Source: the human T2T-CHM13v2.0 reference genome, Homo sapiens | Reading direction: 5' to 3' (one strand) | NCBI RefSeq assembly: GCF_009914755.1 | Contig: NC_060928.1 | DNA length: 64,000 nucleotides | In this document: piece after piece, positions 32,005 through 46,099 of the stretch | How the letters are laid out: each line of letters opens with the position of its first letter | Position numbering within the stretch: position 1 is the first letter of the stretch | Position numbers and translations under genes: made by a program | Notes under the pieces: generated by a model | What the model saw: the letters and a program-made list of their open reading frames with translations, nothing else | What the model was told of the DNA's origin: nothing | The model's database searches: none

Positions 32005-35000
32005 CCTGAAGACTCATGGGTCATTAGTGAGCTTGTTTAACAGATCAAGTGACAGCTCCTCATGACTCTAGATTGGTCCTGAAAACGTCTAGAACTTTGT
32101 ATCAAATTCCTACCACATCACTACGCTTACTGAATATGTCCACTAAAAAAAAAAAATTCAGTTAAATCCAATGAACAATTATTATGTATCCCCAATATGC
32201 CAAACACTATTAGGTACAAGATAAATTTAAAATATTTTCATTTATGAGCTTTTATTATACTATGGACTAGGGTTTATACTAAGCATTTTATCTATATTAT
32301 ATAATTGTTATAATGTTTCTCTAGCAACTTATTATCTTCATTTGTCAAGGAAAACACCAAGGCAAGGGAAAGGGACTTTTTCAGGGCCACATAGATATTA
32401 AAGATCAGGATTCTTACCTAGGTCTGACTCTTAAGTGTGTGTTCCTAACCTCTTCGTCATCCTCTCTCCACTCCTCAGGATGCTCATGTCTAGTAAACTG
32501 GTTAAGGAATCTGAAATTCGGATTCAGGGTCCTGAAGGCTGAGTTTAGATGTAGGCAACTACAACAGTGGAAGAACAACCAAAGAAAAGAAAGAAAAACA
32601 CAAAAGCAGGGACATGGATGAGTTCATACAGCACGGGTTCTACGCTAATGAAGCCCAAAGTGGTTAGCTCACCAGATTCTAGCTCCTTCTTATCAGTCTC
32701 GTCAGAACCAGGGATGGGTCACACTGCTCAGCCACAGCGGTTTGCATTTGGCACCAGTGTCAAACAGGGTCTAGGCAGGTTCTCAGACTATTTGCAAAGC
32801 TTCCTTTTCTGGGTTGGCTCCAGGCATCAGAATTGAGGCTGAGTTTGGGGATACGGGGTAGCACATTGTCCATAGTGAGGCCCTTCTCCACAAATCTTTT
32901 TGAGGAAATGTATTGACATGTTATATTCTCAAGTCAACAATGAAAAGGCATTAGAGAAGGAATAGTAAGACCTGTGAGTAAAGGGACTCAAAGGATGGTA
33001 CCATTTTACCTACCTTTTCTCTCTAACCAACAGGCTCACTCTTCCTTACACTAGCCCTCAAGGCATCTGGGGCCGTGGGCTCTGCCAAGCTTGCCTCCTG
33101 CATGTTCTGTCTGCCAACTTCCTGGCTTGTGTCCCCTTCATCTCCTGACTGAGAAAAGCACACTTTGATCTAGCCTACAGCCACTGTCCTGACTTGCCTT
33201 TGAAACTGCCTTCTTCACTCTTCGTAACACAGCTCTGACTCTGGCCAGCTATCCCTGCCGATTAATGGATATTTTTCTCTCAGTCCTGCTCATTTGCCTG
33301 AAAGTGTCTGCAATAGCTTTTCCAGGAAAGCTCAGATTCTTCACTTATTCTAAGTAAGCATCTACTTCTAATTTAGCTAAGAACTTGGTTGACCTCAGGA
33401 AAATCAACGTGGGTGCAGCATATACAGTGAAGCAATAAGACTCATTGGATGGCACCCACAGAGCTCCAGGAGAGAAATGGTGAGGGCTGAACTAGCATAG
33501 GGCCCAGCGCATGGAAGACAATAAGAAATATCATGGAGGACCAATTAACCTTGGCCACTCTGCTACCCCATAGGATTGAATGTGGATTAAGTGAGCTAAT
33601 ACATGCAACACAATTAGAATAGTGTCTGTTACGTAAAAGGGATATAATACATGTTAGGTATTATTTTCATTCATCATATGTACTGAAGTTTGCCTTTGTG
33701 GCTGAATAATGCTATTATTGGTATTCATTATTCAAGCAGGGAATTATGTCTTAATCTCCATAAGAAGCATAAAGTAATTTGCTGTAAAATGTTACCACCC
33801 CACTTACTGCCCCTACTTAATATTGTACCTACTGTGGACCACAAAATTAATTCATATTCAGATACAGATTAGAGACACAATTTGCTATATTGCAGTAGAA
33901 TTTGTAAAACCAAATTTGTTCAGAATGAGTACAGGGTGGTTCATTTTGGAACTAACTTCCCACATTCTTGGCTTAAAGAAGTTACTCTAACCCATATTTC
34001 TAGTCACCTCTGGCCAATTATTCAGCACTAGTTCCATGCTGTAACACATCATTTAATCACTGCACGACACTCCGGATTTCTCTCTCTCTCCATCTTCAGG
34101 AGTTTTTGTCATTTCCTCAGGCAGGTGACAGGATTTTCTACATTTCCTAAAGAGGTAAAAAGGAGCTCTATGTGGCTCTGCCATGCAATGCCTGACTTCC
34201 AATAACCTTTTGTTATCATTAAGAAAAACGAAAACTGTGGCCTTTGTCCAGGAATAGGGCAAGGATTTTTTTCTGCATGTCTTGAGGCCCTCAGGTCTGT
34301 TTCAGTCAATATTTACCTGTCAGCCCAAAACATGTTGATGTTGAGCTCAGAGGAATTAAATCGATCTATTTTTCTTCTACCTTGTTGGACCTTTTGTTAG
34401 CTATAGCTTTCTGTGAGCTGAATACTTTTAAATGACATGCACAGCAGAAGCCCTTTATAATACAGGACAAAGGGACTGGATTCAACTTATCTTAGGAGCT
34501 CAACAATTGTGATTCATTAGGCTATTATAATCCATAGTTGCAGCAATTCTGGAAACATTATTAGACTTACAGGGTATTGAACCCAAATAATCAATAGCTG
34601 TTATGAGAAGATTGTTCAGTATCTGAGAAAATAATATTTTAAAATGCATTTAGTCAACCATAATACTATGTAATCAAACAATTTTTATTGATCTGGGCTC
34701 CTGGGATTTCTTCTCCTTTCTTTATTGGCATGCCATATGTTTGACGGCAGTTTGTTCCCTCAGTAATGTATTATATCTTATAGGCATGAATAGGATTCTT
34801 TTTTGAATGTATATGGTAACTTCAGTTGTGTTGGGGCTTTATCTTCATTTGTCCTCTCTTCCTTGGGGTTCTGCATGAATTTTCCAACTTACACTTGTTT
34901 TCTACCCATTTGCCCTCTGCTTCTTACTACATTCATATAGTGGCTAGTGGAGGAACAGAACAAAACAAAATTCACTCCTTCCAGATTCTCTCCCCTTAAT

Positions 35001-35794
35001 GTGCTAATGAGAAGAAGATCCCATCCTACCCGTAAACAAAGCTACATGAAACCAGAAACAGACTTTCCTGTAAAATCTCAGCAGAAATATTCAGGGAAAT
35101 TAGTATAGTGAGAAATAATTTCTAATAAGTACATATGTAACAAAAACAACACAGGCCTTTCTGGGATGCAGGGAGTGAAGACTATCAATTACATCAATGG
35201 TAGTAGCCCTAATTGTAAAAGTGGTCTACTTCTATAAGACAGAATCATACACATAAAACATATTCCACTTTCATCTTCCTAAGATAATCAGCAAAAAAAT
35301 TCACAGTAGGGTTCTCAAAATGGTTTTCCCTTGATGTATTTTAAATGATTATTTTATAAGAATTTAAGTTGCACACAATTTGAGAAACACACACCATTTG
35401 CTAAGATAAGGCCCACACTATTGCAGTGTAAGATAAGAGATGAACTCGATCTGGAACACAGACACCTGTACAACTACTAAAGTGGTAGAGACAAGTCAGG
35501 CAGTCAACAGATAAGTGCTGAGTGCCTGCCTTGTGCTGGACACCTCTGTGTTATGGATACAGAATAAACATAAGGGGAGGACAATGTTACTGACCTCAAG
35601 TTTTGCTCGGTGGCTACATTACCATCAGAACATTGAATTTCTCAGTTTGGGGTTGTTTTACTGTGTTTAATTTTTCTTCCAAGAACCAATGGTAGATATT
35701 TTTGTTTAATTAAACGGGTCTACCATTAAAATATTTCTGTTTTGTTTCAGTTTTGAATAAAACTCGAATAGAATAAAACCAGAATGAAAAGAAT

Positions 35795-35917
35795 AGCCAG
35801 CCATGGTGGCATGGACCTGTAATCCCAGCTACTTGAGAGGCCAAGGTGGGAAGATTGCTTGAGCCAAGTGTTTGAGACCAGCCTGGACAACATAGTGAGA
35901 CCCTACCTCACAAAAAA
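35795..35917 (+). mobile_element. FLAM-type Alu monomer
   Basis: Single arm ending 'gagaccagcctggacaacatagtgagaccc' plus A tail. Confidence 0.85.
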
Positions 35918-37854
35918 ATTTCAAAAATTAATAAGATAATATACTGTAAAAATGAACTCAACTCTTTATTTATATTGAGGCAGGAAATACTTAAATTTTT
36001 TAAATGACATTCTTCTTGGTTTCTCTTCAGAGGTTTTTTTTTTTTTTTTAAAAACCTCTCAGATCCAAGTCTTTTCCAGAATACCCTATTATATTATCTC
36101 TGAAGAAAGAAACAGGACATAAGAAATTAAAGTGAGGCAAGTTAAGTGGCAAGAGGGCCCTTGTTAGAAATATTATGGATTTAGTGTCAGGAAACTACTC
36201 AACAAACATTAGATGAAAAGTCCTCCTCCAGGGGGTTGGCTGAGACAGTCAAGAATGTATAAGTATCTCAGACCACAATCAGGGCTCCAGCTGTCCTGGA
36301 ACCAATTCGGGGCGCTCACTCTGCCACGCTCTGTGAAGTCAGCTCCAAGTTGCCTTTCTCGGTTCCTGCTCCCAGGAATAATGTTATGGAGAGATACATT
36401 AAAAAGGCTATGTGTCTGCCTATGCATTTGGGCCACACTTAGACAAGGTATAGTCTCCTAAATAGAAGTCCCAATACCACTGGTTCTGTATTATTGCACC
36501 ACATACAGAAATTGTTATCTGTTCAGCTAAAAAAAGGAAACAACTTAAAGATACATATTAACTAAACTGTCATTGCCATTTAAAGCTTCACCTTTTGCTA
36601 AGTGTACATTAGATGATTCTTTTTCCTATTGAAAAACTGTTCCAAAATCATGCCCTCAGGGAAACACTACATAGCTCTCTAGGGGAACATGGTGTAGAGT
36701 TCATTACTGTTAAGGTTGCCATATAGCAACATTAGATTATATTGTATACTCAGTTGGCTAAGAGGGGCTAGAAAACTGTTTCCACTTTGGTTGTTGAGTA
36801 GATTAAGCCTGGAAGAATGTGATGCAAGCTGGGGGCCCCCTGCACTCCACGCAGGCCAGATCTCATTTCTGTGGTGCGGAGACATTTGGCAAGGCTTATA
36901 GCTGGAACAAGTGCTTCTTAATCCCCAGCGCGGGGGCTACAGGTGTTCCAACCTGAGCAGCCTTCTGGGCATCCAGAGCTTGGTGGGTCTGATCCCAAGA
37001 AGGTCATATCTGAAAATCAAATGAATCTTTGTTTTGGGTCTGGCAGCTACAATGGTCATGGGGCTGAACATCTAGCATGTAATGCCTCTTAATGGAGTTA
37101 CAAGTGGAATGTGTCTGTAACACAGTTATAAATTCGTTTGTTTTTATTGAGCCAGATCCATAGTCTCTGAAGGCAGTAACAGTTCTCTCATAGAGCTTCA
37201 GAGGATAAGAATCTGGAATCTGGCCTGGGGTTTAACCTTTGCAGAGCATGAGTGTTTGGTTCCTTACAGAATGTTGCAGTGGGACTTCTAAAATCCTTCA
37301 TTCCCACATTTGGGGAATGGTGTTAACTTGCCCTTAGGTAGCAGCAGCAGGACAAGCTCAGATCAGCACTGATTCCTTGAGGAGCTAACTACGTCAATGA
37401 ACCATGGAGAGGGCTCAGTTGCAAACTATAGATGGAGAGGATGGTGTAGAGTCAGGGAATCGCACCAATGCCTGCTGCTCACAGCTATTGGAAAGTTTAA
37501 AGTTCCCTGAATATCTCTAACACTAGCATTTGCTGTCATCGGTGGCATGACTTTGTCCATTGATGTCAGCGTATCTGCATATACATCTGTGCAGCTTTTA
37601 ATTCAGAACTATGACAGAGGCTCAAGTTGTAGCCATGGCAACAACATTCCCAACAACAAAGAACCACACATAACTTTAAATAATTTTCACGTTTATCATT
37701 CTCCCATAGCCCTGTATTTTTGTCTATTATGCAGAATTTACAGAATACTCTTTGAATTATAGTTATCGTATATGTACTCTCATCTGTTCTGGGCTTAAAA
37801 CCCCTTGGAGAAATAAGCCATGTTCCAATCATCTTTGTAGCAAACACGGAACAA

Positions 37855-38000
37855 TGAGAAGGACATGGCCTTTGAAATCAAACTGACTTGGGTTTGAATG
37901 CCAGCTCTTCCTAGGTTGGCGACCTTTTGCAATTTAATTAGCTTCACTAAGCCTCAGTTTACTTATGTATAAAATAGGAATAACATCATCATCATAATGT
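37855..38000 (+). mobile_element. MIR fragment
   Basis: 'ctttgaaatcaaactgacttgggtttgaatgccagctc...gcctcagtttacttatgtataaaatagg'. Confidence 0.75.
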
Positions 38001-40651
38001 TCTTAGTTTTTTCTTTACTTTCTGCCCCAACGTGTCTACTATAGTGCTTTACATGCATGTGGGAGACATTTGGAATATTTGAAATGAATGCCTGAAAATA
38101 AGTACTAACATTTTCAAAGAAGGGGAAAATGTCTTACTTAATAATCCTATACATGAATGGGTGAGAGGGAAAGAGAACGAGAGGAACTCAGTGAACTGTA
38201 GAGCACACTGGTGTCAGATTCCAGGATAAAATCAAGGCTCCTGAATCTTAGTGAGCTCTTCAAGGTCATCTGAGGCCTTCTGCAAATGTTTAGTTTCACA
38301 GTGAGCAGTGGGCCATCAGGAAAACAGAACAGAACTGGCAGGTGGCAGGTCTTCTGGGAATCCTATCAGAACACACTTCCTGGATGCTCCACACATCAGC
38401 TTTGTAGCCTCGGTCAAAGGCATTAGGAGAACAGAGACAGGCCCAGGAATGCCTGAAAGGAACATTTTATTAGCTAAGGGGACAATATCCACATACTCCC
38501 TTTGCCACTGCAGGCAAAGGGAAGTGGGTTAAGATGAGCAAGAAGAAATTATAGTACAGATAATTTCCCATCCGTACCTAGTCCTCCATTCATTGGTCTT
38601 CCATTTCCATATCACATTGGAAAATCAAGAGGAGAACAACAAATGCTTTCACACTAATACCACAAATGATATTACTACAGAACTACTGAGGGGGCTACAG
38701 CCAAAGGATTCCCCAACAGGGACTTCTGGTTCAGGCAACAGATTATAACAGGAGGAACTCCAGCCCAGGAGCAACAAGCCCCGCTGCTCCCTTGCTGTCT
38801 TCCTGTCCCACAAGGTTAATCCATCTGGGAGCTCCCATATGTGAAGAAGAGTCTATCCCAGTGGTTCTCAGCCCCTTTGAAATCTAAAATATAATATACT
38901 TTCAGTAGCCAGTGTACAGGCAGGTGAGTCCGTGGACACACTGATTCAGACACTGCTAGCATTCCGGCCTTGTGCATTACCTTCATTCACTGCCCTCGGT
39001 GGCCTCTGGTCCTAAAGTTTCAAATTATTGGACTAGCTGATTTCTTTACATGTATTAAAATATATCCATTATGGAAAATGTAATGAAGAAATTTGTCTAG
39101 ATAAATAAACATACAGATGAGAGTCACTATCAGCTAAAGATCAACCAGATATTCTGATTAAACATCTCTGAAGTGAGACATTTGTTTCCAATGAGAAAAT
39201 ATGTTTTCATTCACCAAATTCACCGGCATGACATACGATTTAGGACGCATCTGTTAAAGAGTGAGACTCTGAAGACCACATGTGTGTAAAGTTGAACATG
39301 CAGGGTTGGTGGCCACTGCCAGGGTTTTGCAGCTTTCTTTTTGGATATGTGCCACCTTCTCCCTTGCTAAGCTTGACCTTCTCCTTTTAACACCACTGTA
39401 ATGAGTGGGCACATTAATCCTGGAGAACTTGGTAAATGCACTTTTGGAGTCAAGTACAGGAACACTTAATATCACTGTATCACTCTAAGGACATCTTGTC
39501 CTCTCATTGCCTGCTTCTCCAGATTGGTAAAAGAGAAAAGACGACATGTTGGAAGTTTACCGTAATTTATGTTGAATAAATTATTTGTAAAACAAATGGA
39601 ACATCCAATCACATTAGGCTCAAAAAACTTAACTCAGAGAGCGAGACATTGGAAATCAAAGAATCAGATGCCCCATGTCACAGAAAAAGCCTGCTACAGC
39701 AGAAGCACCACAATGTCCATGTGTCATATAGTGTCGAGAAATGGGGCAAGCACAGATAAATCAGGGTCCCAGGGCTCCATTTTCACTTCCTCCAACTTGG
39801 CTGTTTTGCTTTTTATTTATTTATTTATGTATTTTTTTTAGATGCAATACAGTTGGGATAAAACTAACAACACACTTATGTGTGTCAGGTTGTTCTTTTT
39901 CTTTTTAAGAGAAGCACAAGAAAGGAAATACTAACAGACAAGGGAAGCCCCGGCCAGGTTTGCCCTGCTTAGTACCTTAGCCCCACAGCATTCAGACACA
40001 TAATAGACAGCACAGTCTCCAATTGCCTATCTTTGTCTTCAGTTCTATAACAGGAAAGAGGAGGAAGACAGCAGAAATTAGCCTGAGAGAGAATGTAAAT
40101 AAATGAAGGAGAAATAAAAGGTGTTTATTCTAGGGAGGGAGAGCCCACAGTTGAGGAATATGCAAGGCAGAAGGAGGGGAGAGAGGAAACAGAGAAGGGA
40201 GAGAGGAAACAATGAGTTAAAATTCAGATGCCAAAGGCCCCCAGCAGATGACACAGGACAGCGATGCAGGGGTCAGAGAGGGAGTGGTGAGGACTGCAGG
40301 GAAATGGAGAACACAAGCCCCACCAACTCAGCCCAACGTCCCTTTATCAAGAGAGACTGTGGGCTTGGGGTTGCTAGATCTTCTGATTTTTCTCAAAATC
40401 AGTTTGAAATCCAAACTTTTATGTGAATTTTTCCAGTTTCTAAATATTAGCAAAACATTGTTCATCATAAAAAAAAAAAAAACAACTGCAGGGCAGTGTT
40501 GACCCAAGGGCCACCAGTGTGTAACTCTGTGGTAAGCCAAGAAAGGGTGAAGGAAGGGGCAGACACCTGTCAGATGGGAATGGACTGATTTGATTTCCGC
40601 AAAGCAGAAGGGTGGCTAAAGAACAAGAATAAAGAGAGAGAGTTGGAAAAA

Positions 40652-40755
40652 GGAAGGAAGGAGGGAAGGAAGGAAGGAAGGAAGGAAGGAAGGAAGGAAG
40701 GAAGGAAGGAAGGAAGGAAGGAAGGAAAGAAGGAAGGAAGGAAGGAAGGAAGGAA
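40652..40755. repeat. (GGAA)n microsatellite, 24 GGAA units, longest pure run 16
   Basis: (GGAA)2 GGAG (GGAA)16 AGAA (GGAA)6, counted by eye. Confidence 0.97.
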
Positions 40756-40789
40756 AGAAATCCAAGCAGGACAAAAGATAATCAGAGTG

Positions 40790-41010
40790 CTGCGGTGGTG
40801 GCTGGGACATGGGTGTTGGAGCCTGGCAATGCTAGTTTGAATGCCAGCTTTTGCTGGGCATGCTACTTGACCTCTGTGGGCTTCCACTTTCTGGTCTGAG
40901 AGCAGGGGAATGATGCTTTCTTTGCATGGTTGGTGAGATGATTAGATGAGATATGCTATATGGGCATGGCTGGCACACACTCAATGCTTCGTAGATGTTG
41001 GGCTATGTTT
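40790..41010 (+). mobile_element. MIR
   Basis: 'gtttgaatgccagc...ggttggtgagatgattagatgag...ggctggcacacac'. Confidence 0.65.
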
Positions 41011-42942
41011 CATTTTTTCCTTTGGTAGATGGGACAGTTGGGTCCCAAGAGGACCAAATTCTTACACTCTGGGAAGCCATTTAGCAGACCTCAAACATTT
41101 TGAGGGATTACAAATCTTTTTAAAAACTCTATGAAATACGTGGACTTTCTCCTCAGAAATATAGACATAGCAAAACACATACACAGGCACATACACATAC
41201 ACATAGAGTTTACATACCATTTCAGAAGATCACAGGTCCTCTGAAACCCAGCCATGAACTCCAGGTCAGGATCGCTGGCTTACAGTAATTCTGCTCCAGT
41301 ACACTGGAAAAGAGTAAGCACATGGCAACTGGTCTCTCGTGTTCATGACAACAGATCCTGACCCAGATTATGGGATTAAAATCTGGGGCATGTGTGAGCA
41401 TATGTGTTACATGTGCCTTGCTAGTGCAGGCTGACTTGTCCTGGCCCCAGCATCCTAGGAAGGAAACTGCGCATACCTCCTGCTTAAACGATCCACATCT
41501 GATCCACATCTGATTGATTCTGGTTTCCAGGAAGCCAGAAGACCATAGGCTGCAGAGATGGAATTGAGTGGGAGGCAAACTGCATTTGCCACTAAGTGAT
41601 AGCGATCTGAGGAATGCTTCCCTACGTGACTTGTGAGTGACGGAGACAAGAGGGGTTACTGGGCCCAAGGGTGGGCACGCTGTGATATTTGGAATATCAT
41701 TCAGGGAGAAACCAGGAAACTGAGGCAGTAATGGAGACTAGGTTTCCCTGAGGAGGAGACCACCTCTCCCTGAAGGCCATGCCCTCTATGTACTAACAAA
41801 ACACTACCATGTAACAGTTGACAAAGCAGGACCACGACATCCACTCGCCTTGCCCAGAGAATGCTTTAACCTTTGTGAAGTAATTTTCTGAGACTTCAGA
41901 TATCCCACCTAAGCACATTCCTTATCTCACAGAAATTGCTATACTTGATACAGAAATGGCTTTAACATGTAATTGCTTTTTCTTCTGTATTTACCTATAA
42001 CTCAAGACTAAGGCTTTCTATTTTCTACACGTTCCATATATACATATGAAAAGTCTATGATTGTATAGTTCTTAGATGTTGTCAGTTGAAGAGAAGCAAG
42101 GCCAAAAATCACAAGGAGGAAAGATACTGTGAAAATGGAAGTGGGGGTGGATCTAAGGAGATCCCAGGCTGATGGAAGAAGCACTGGCCTCCTCTGCTGG
42201 ATGTTTGGGAGAGGTGGAGAGGGGACATCTCCCAGAACCTCCAGAGCCCTTCAATACCCGCCAGGGCTGATGTGGGGAAGTGTGTTTCTCCTTAACTACC
42301 TAAGGATGAAAGAAGGCAGCACTTGAGACCTGTGGGAAATGAGGGCAATCTTTTGGGAAATTTCAGTCCTGGAGGGATTTCTAGGTTTTCAGTTCAGGGG
42401 TTATCATTTTTAGAGGTGTTAACTTTAGAAAATTGAAATCAATGGCCCTGTTTCTTATTCGTTGTCAAAAACTAAAATTTCATGTGAGATATTTTTCCAG
42501 TTTGACAATCTATTGCTCCCTTTACCACTGTAAAGAAACAGGAGGAAAAGTAATATGTAAGCAGGGGTTCCATATTCTTCTAAAGTAGATAAGGTTTGGA
42601 CTGTGTCCCTGGCCTCTTTATGGGAAATCTGTGTTTTGTGGATCTCGCGGCCTCACCTGCATTCAGGATCTGCCTTGTGTGTATGAGGAGCACCAAAGGA
42701 AGTGGCGACCTACAAAACGCAGCCTGCAGGGAGGAAGTAGAAGTGGAGGATTTAAACAGGAGCTGAGTTAGACGAATCTTCAATTTGACCAAACTTCTTA
42801 ATTGGGCTCAAAAAACTAGAAATTGTCAGAGAGAGGGATGAGGAGGATTCAAGGTCTAGAAAAGTATGTTCCTTTACAAAAATAAAAATGTATTTTTGCT
42901 GCTCTGCATTTTATGGACTGCCATGACTATGAAACAGCACAA

Positions 42943-43317
42943 GTCCAGGCACGGTGGGTCACACCTATAATCCTAGCACTTGGGAGGCCAAGGTGGGTGG
43001 TTTGTCTGAGCCTAGGAGTTTGAGACCAACCTGGATAACATGGCAAAAACCTGCCTTTACAAAAAATACAAAAAAATTAGCTGTACATGGTGGCATGCAC
43101 CTGTAGCCCCAGCTGCTCTGGAGGCTGAGGTGGGAGGATCGCTTGTGCCCGGGGCGATTGAGGCTGCAGTGAGCTGAGATCACACCCCTGCACTCCAGCC
43201 TGGATGACAGAGTGAGATCCCTTCTTAAAAAAAAAAAAGAAAGAAAAGAGAAAGAGAAAGAAAAAGAAAAAGGAAAAGAAAGAAAGAAGGAAAGAAAGTA
43301 AAGAAAAAGAAGAGGAA
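42943..43317 (+). mobile_element. AluJ with expanded purine-rich (AAAG-type) tail
   Basis: Dimer followed by a ~90-bp A/G tail; probable TSD aaacagcaca / aaatagcaca. Confidence 0.93.
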
Positions 43318-43659
43318 AAATAGCACAGCAGCCACACACACTTTAGTGTAAAAAAAGAGGCAAATAATAAAGGAAAATAATACTTCTTTTGTTCTATACG
43401 TGTTATTATGCCCATTTGCACATTTTCCAGATAAGGAAACTAACAAATTACCCAAAGTCACACAGAAGTGAACAAAGAACAATTGAAAAGTAATGTATGC
43501 CATTTGCCTACAAAAAAAGGGAGGACAGAAATATTAAAGATTAATTCTTCTGGCTTGACAATTTTACTCAGGGATAAATTCCTACTTAAAAGAGTACAAG
43601 TTTCTCTTCACAAAGTTAATACGTGATTTCTCACTTGCTCTCGGGACTTCTTTTCACAT

Positions 43660-43678
43660 CTCCCACAAGGTGGCAGCA
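43660..43678 (+). promoter_or_regulatory. Candidate CTCF binding motif
   Basis: CTCCCACAAGGTGGCAGCA closely fits the CCASYAGRKGGCRS core; motif match only. Confidence 0.5.
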
Positions 43679-44357
43679 TTTCTCCAATGATATAACCATC
43701 ATCAACTAGGGCTACAGGGATTGCACAATAGAGCCAGGAGTAGAAATCAGGAGAATAATTAATATAGAACTTATAAATACAGAAAAGGTTACAAAATTGT
43801 GATAGTACCCTAATTAAATAAAGGCTTTTAAACCCAGTAATTACTTTGAAGGTTAGTATCTTCCAGCCTCCCTGCCGCTTAGAAAAATATTCATATTAAA
43901 TTCTTTTAGCGCTATCCTTGTTTCCACCACTTGATGGCAATAAAGACCCCTTAAATACTGAATGTTCATTTTTCTTTTTGGAAAGTTGGAAGGTCTGTTT
44001 GAAAAATTCAGCAGTCTACTCCTTTATCCATACTTTCCAGTTTCATCCTGTTCAAGATGCTGAGTGTTCTTCTGGAAGTAGAATGCCCCAACCATTCCCT
44101 GGGTCGATCGCCTTTGCAGGAATTCACGGAATGATACTTTCTCCTTGATTTTTCTAATAAATTTAGTAATTTTCTACCGCCAATCCCCACCCGTCCACAA
44201 TAAACTAAAACTTCTCGGATTTTTTTCTTAAAATAGCTCCGAACTACCAACTCATTGCTGTTTGGCCCTATCCCATCCACACAGGTAACTCCTATGACCT
44301 GTATCTATAGTCCACCGCAGGTTTTGAGACACTGACACTTTGTAAAATACAGCTCCA

Positions 44358-44705
<348 letters not shown>

Positions 44706-45398
44706 CTAGTGGAGCAAGCAGCACCGAAATGATTCCTTGAAGATGAGACTCTGTCCTGGCATTCTGTGTGACACCGGCTTTTAGACTGCAGCTAAGAACC
44801 TAGCACAATGCCATCACTCAATATGAGTTTATTGAATAAATGCGTGATTGGGAAATTATTATTTAATCCTTAGTGTCAGTGATGTCGATGGTAAATTTCC
44901 TGAGAAAAGGGACACTTTCAGTACCACTGTTTAGAAATGGGCTTACCACTGCCCCATTGATCTCGGAAGATGATGATAGGAGGGGTGAGTCAGTATCACA
45001 TAGGAGAAAGGGAGAATTTGTAAGTGATGGGGAGTCAATGACACAACTCTTGGTGTGCTTTCAGAGTAGTGGTGATAGACTGCACTGACCCATGCTTACT
45101 CTCTAGGCTGGTATGCCTCCTCCAGGATCAACAGTAGCCTTGAATGCCATGTCAAGGCTGCTGTGGATTTTTTTTTCCTTATACATCAAGATGCTATCTA
45201 TTGCTTTGGCCTTTTTAGCAATAATTTTTTGGCTTTTGTTGGAAAGTAACAATAAAGATGATTCAGGAAGGCCACTCAGGCAATGAAGGAAAGGAAAGGA
45301 TAGAGGCTGGGGCCCATGAGGTGTGAATGGGGAAAGCTGAAGAGCTGGTTCCTTTGTAGCTCCTTAAGTACTTAAAGTTTACTGAAGAAAGGGATGGA

Positions 45399-45442
45399 GG
45401 ATGGATGGATGGATGGATGGATGGATGGATGGATGGATGGAT
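45399..45442. repeat. (GGAT)11 microsatellite
   Basis: Direct count. Confidence 0.96.
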
Positions 45443-46099
45443 GCGAGTTGTCCTAAGAAATGAAGTAGTCTTCATTAAATCATTTCGATTTCTACTTATT
45501 TGGGGGAATTTTCTGTGATGGTAATTCAGGATGCTCTATTTATTTTGTCTACTGTGTTACTGTACAGATTGTATCTTTGTGCCGAGTGAAGCAATTTGAC
45601 TTCTTGGCATTCACATCATACACGCTTGGTGTTTGTAGACAGTTATCATATCATTAGTCATTGCCTAGTTAATTCTGCTTTCATGTTTCTACATAAATGA
45701 ATCCCTCCCACTCCCTCAGTAATGTCTGTCCTTACTCTCTGATCTTCTTCCAGTATTTCTATCTCCTTCAGGCCCCTGAGCATCTCACTGACAACCTATT
45801 GTTTCAGGTAAAATACCAGAGTTATCCAGAAGAAAAAAAAATGTGCTGTGTGGATTCAGGGAAGAGTTAACACTTTTCGTATAGTTCCAAAGTCAAAATC
45901 AGAAACAAAGAAACTTCATAACTGGCTCCCATATTTGTATAAGATGTCCAAACTGTTTTTTTAGTACTTGACTATTTGCTAGTTACACCCATAACAGAAA
46001 TTTTGAAAGTATGCCTCTACAATATATTATAGTACATTTAATGCCTTTCTCCCCCATAATACTGAACAGGGACCATAACTTTTTGTAAAAGGACTTGCA

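Noticed and set aside
32610-32680. Faint tRNA-like look ('gctaatgaagcccaaagtggttagctc')
   Set aside because: No cloverleaf or B-box (GTTCRA) could be built.
39523-39561. Possible 39-nt mini-exon after 'gcctgcttctccag'
   Set aside because: Donor ACC|gtaatt is weak and there is no supporting context.
40570-40887. Repetitive-peptide ORFs (GRKE, FLPS; also IHPS at 45263 and K/E-rich at 47603)
   Set aside because: Translations of microsatellites or Alu tails that lack stop codons.
41222-41668. 148-aa minus-strand ORF
   Set aside because: Non-ATG start, no recognisable domain, overlaps probable old repeat sequence; length expected by chance.
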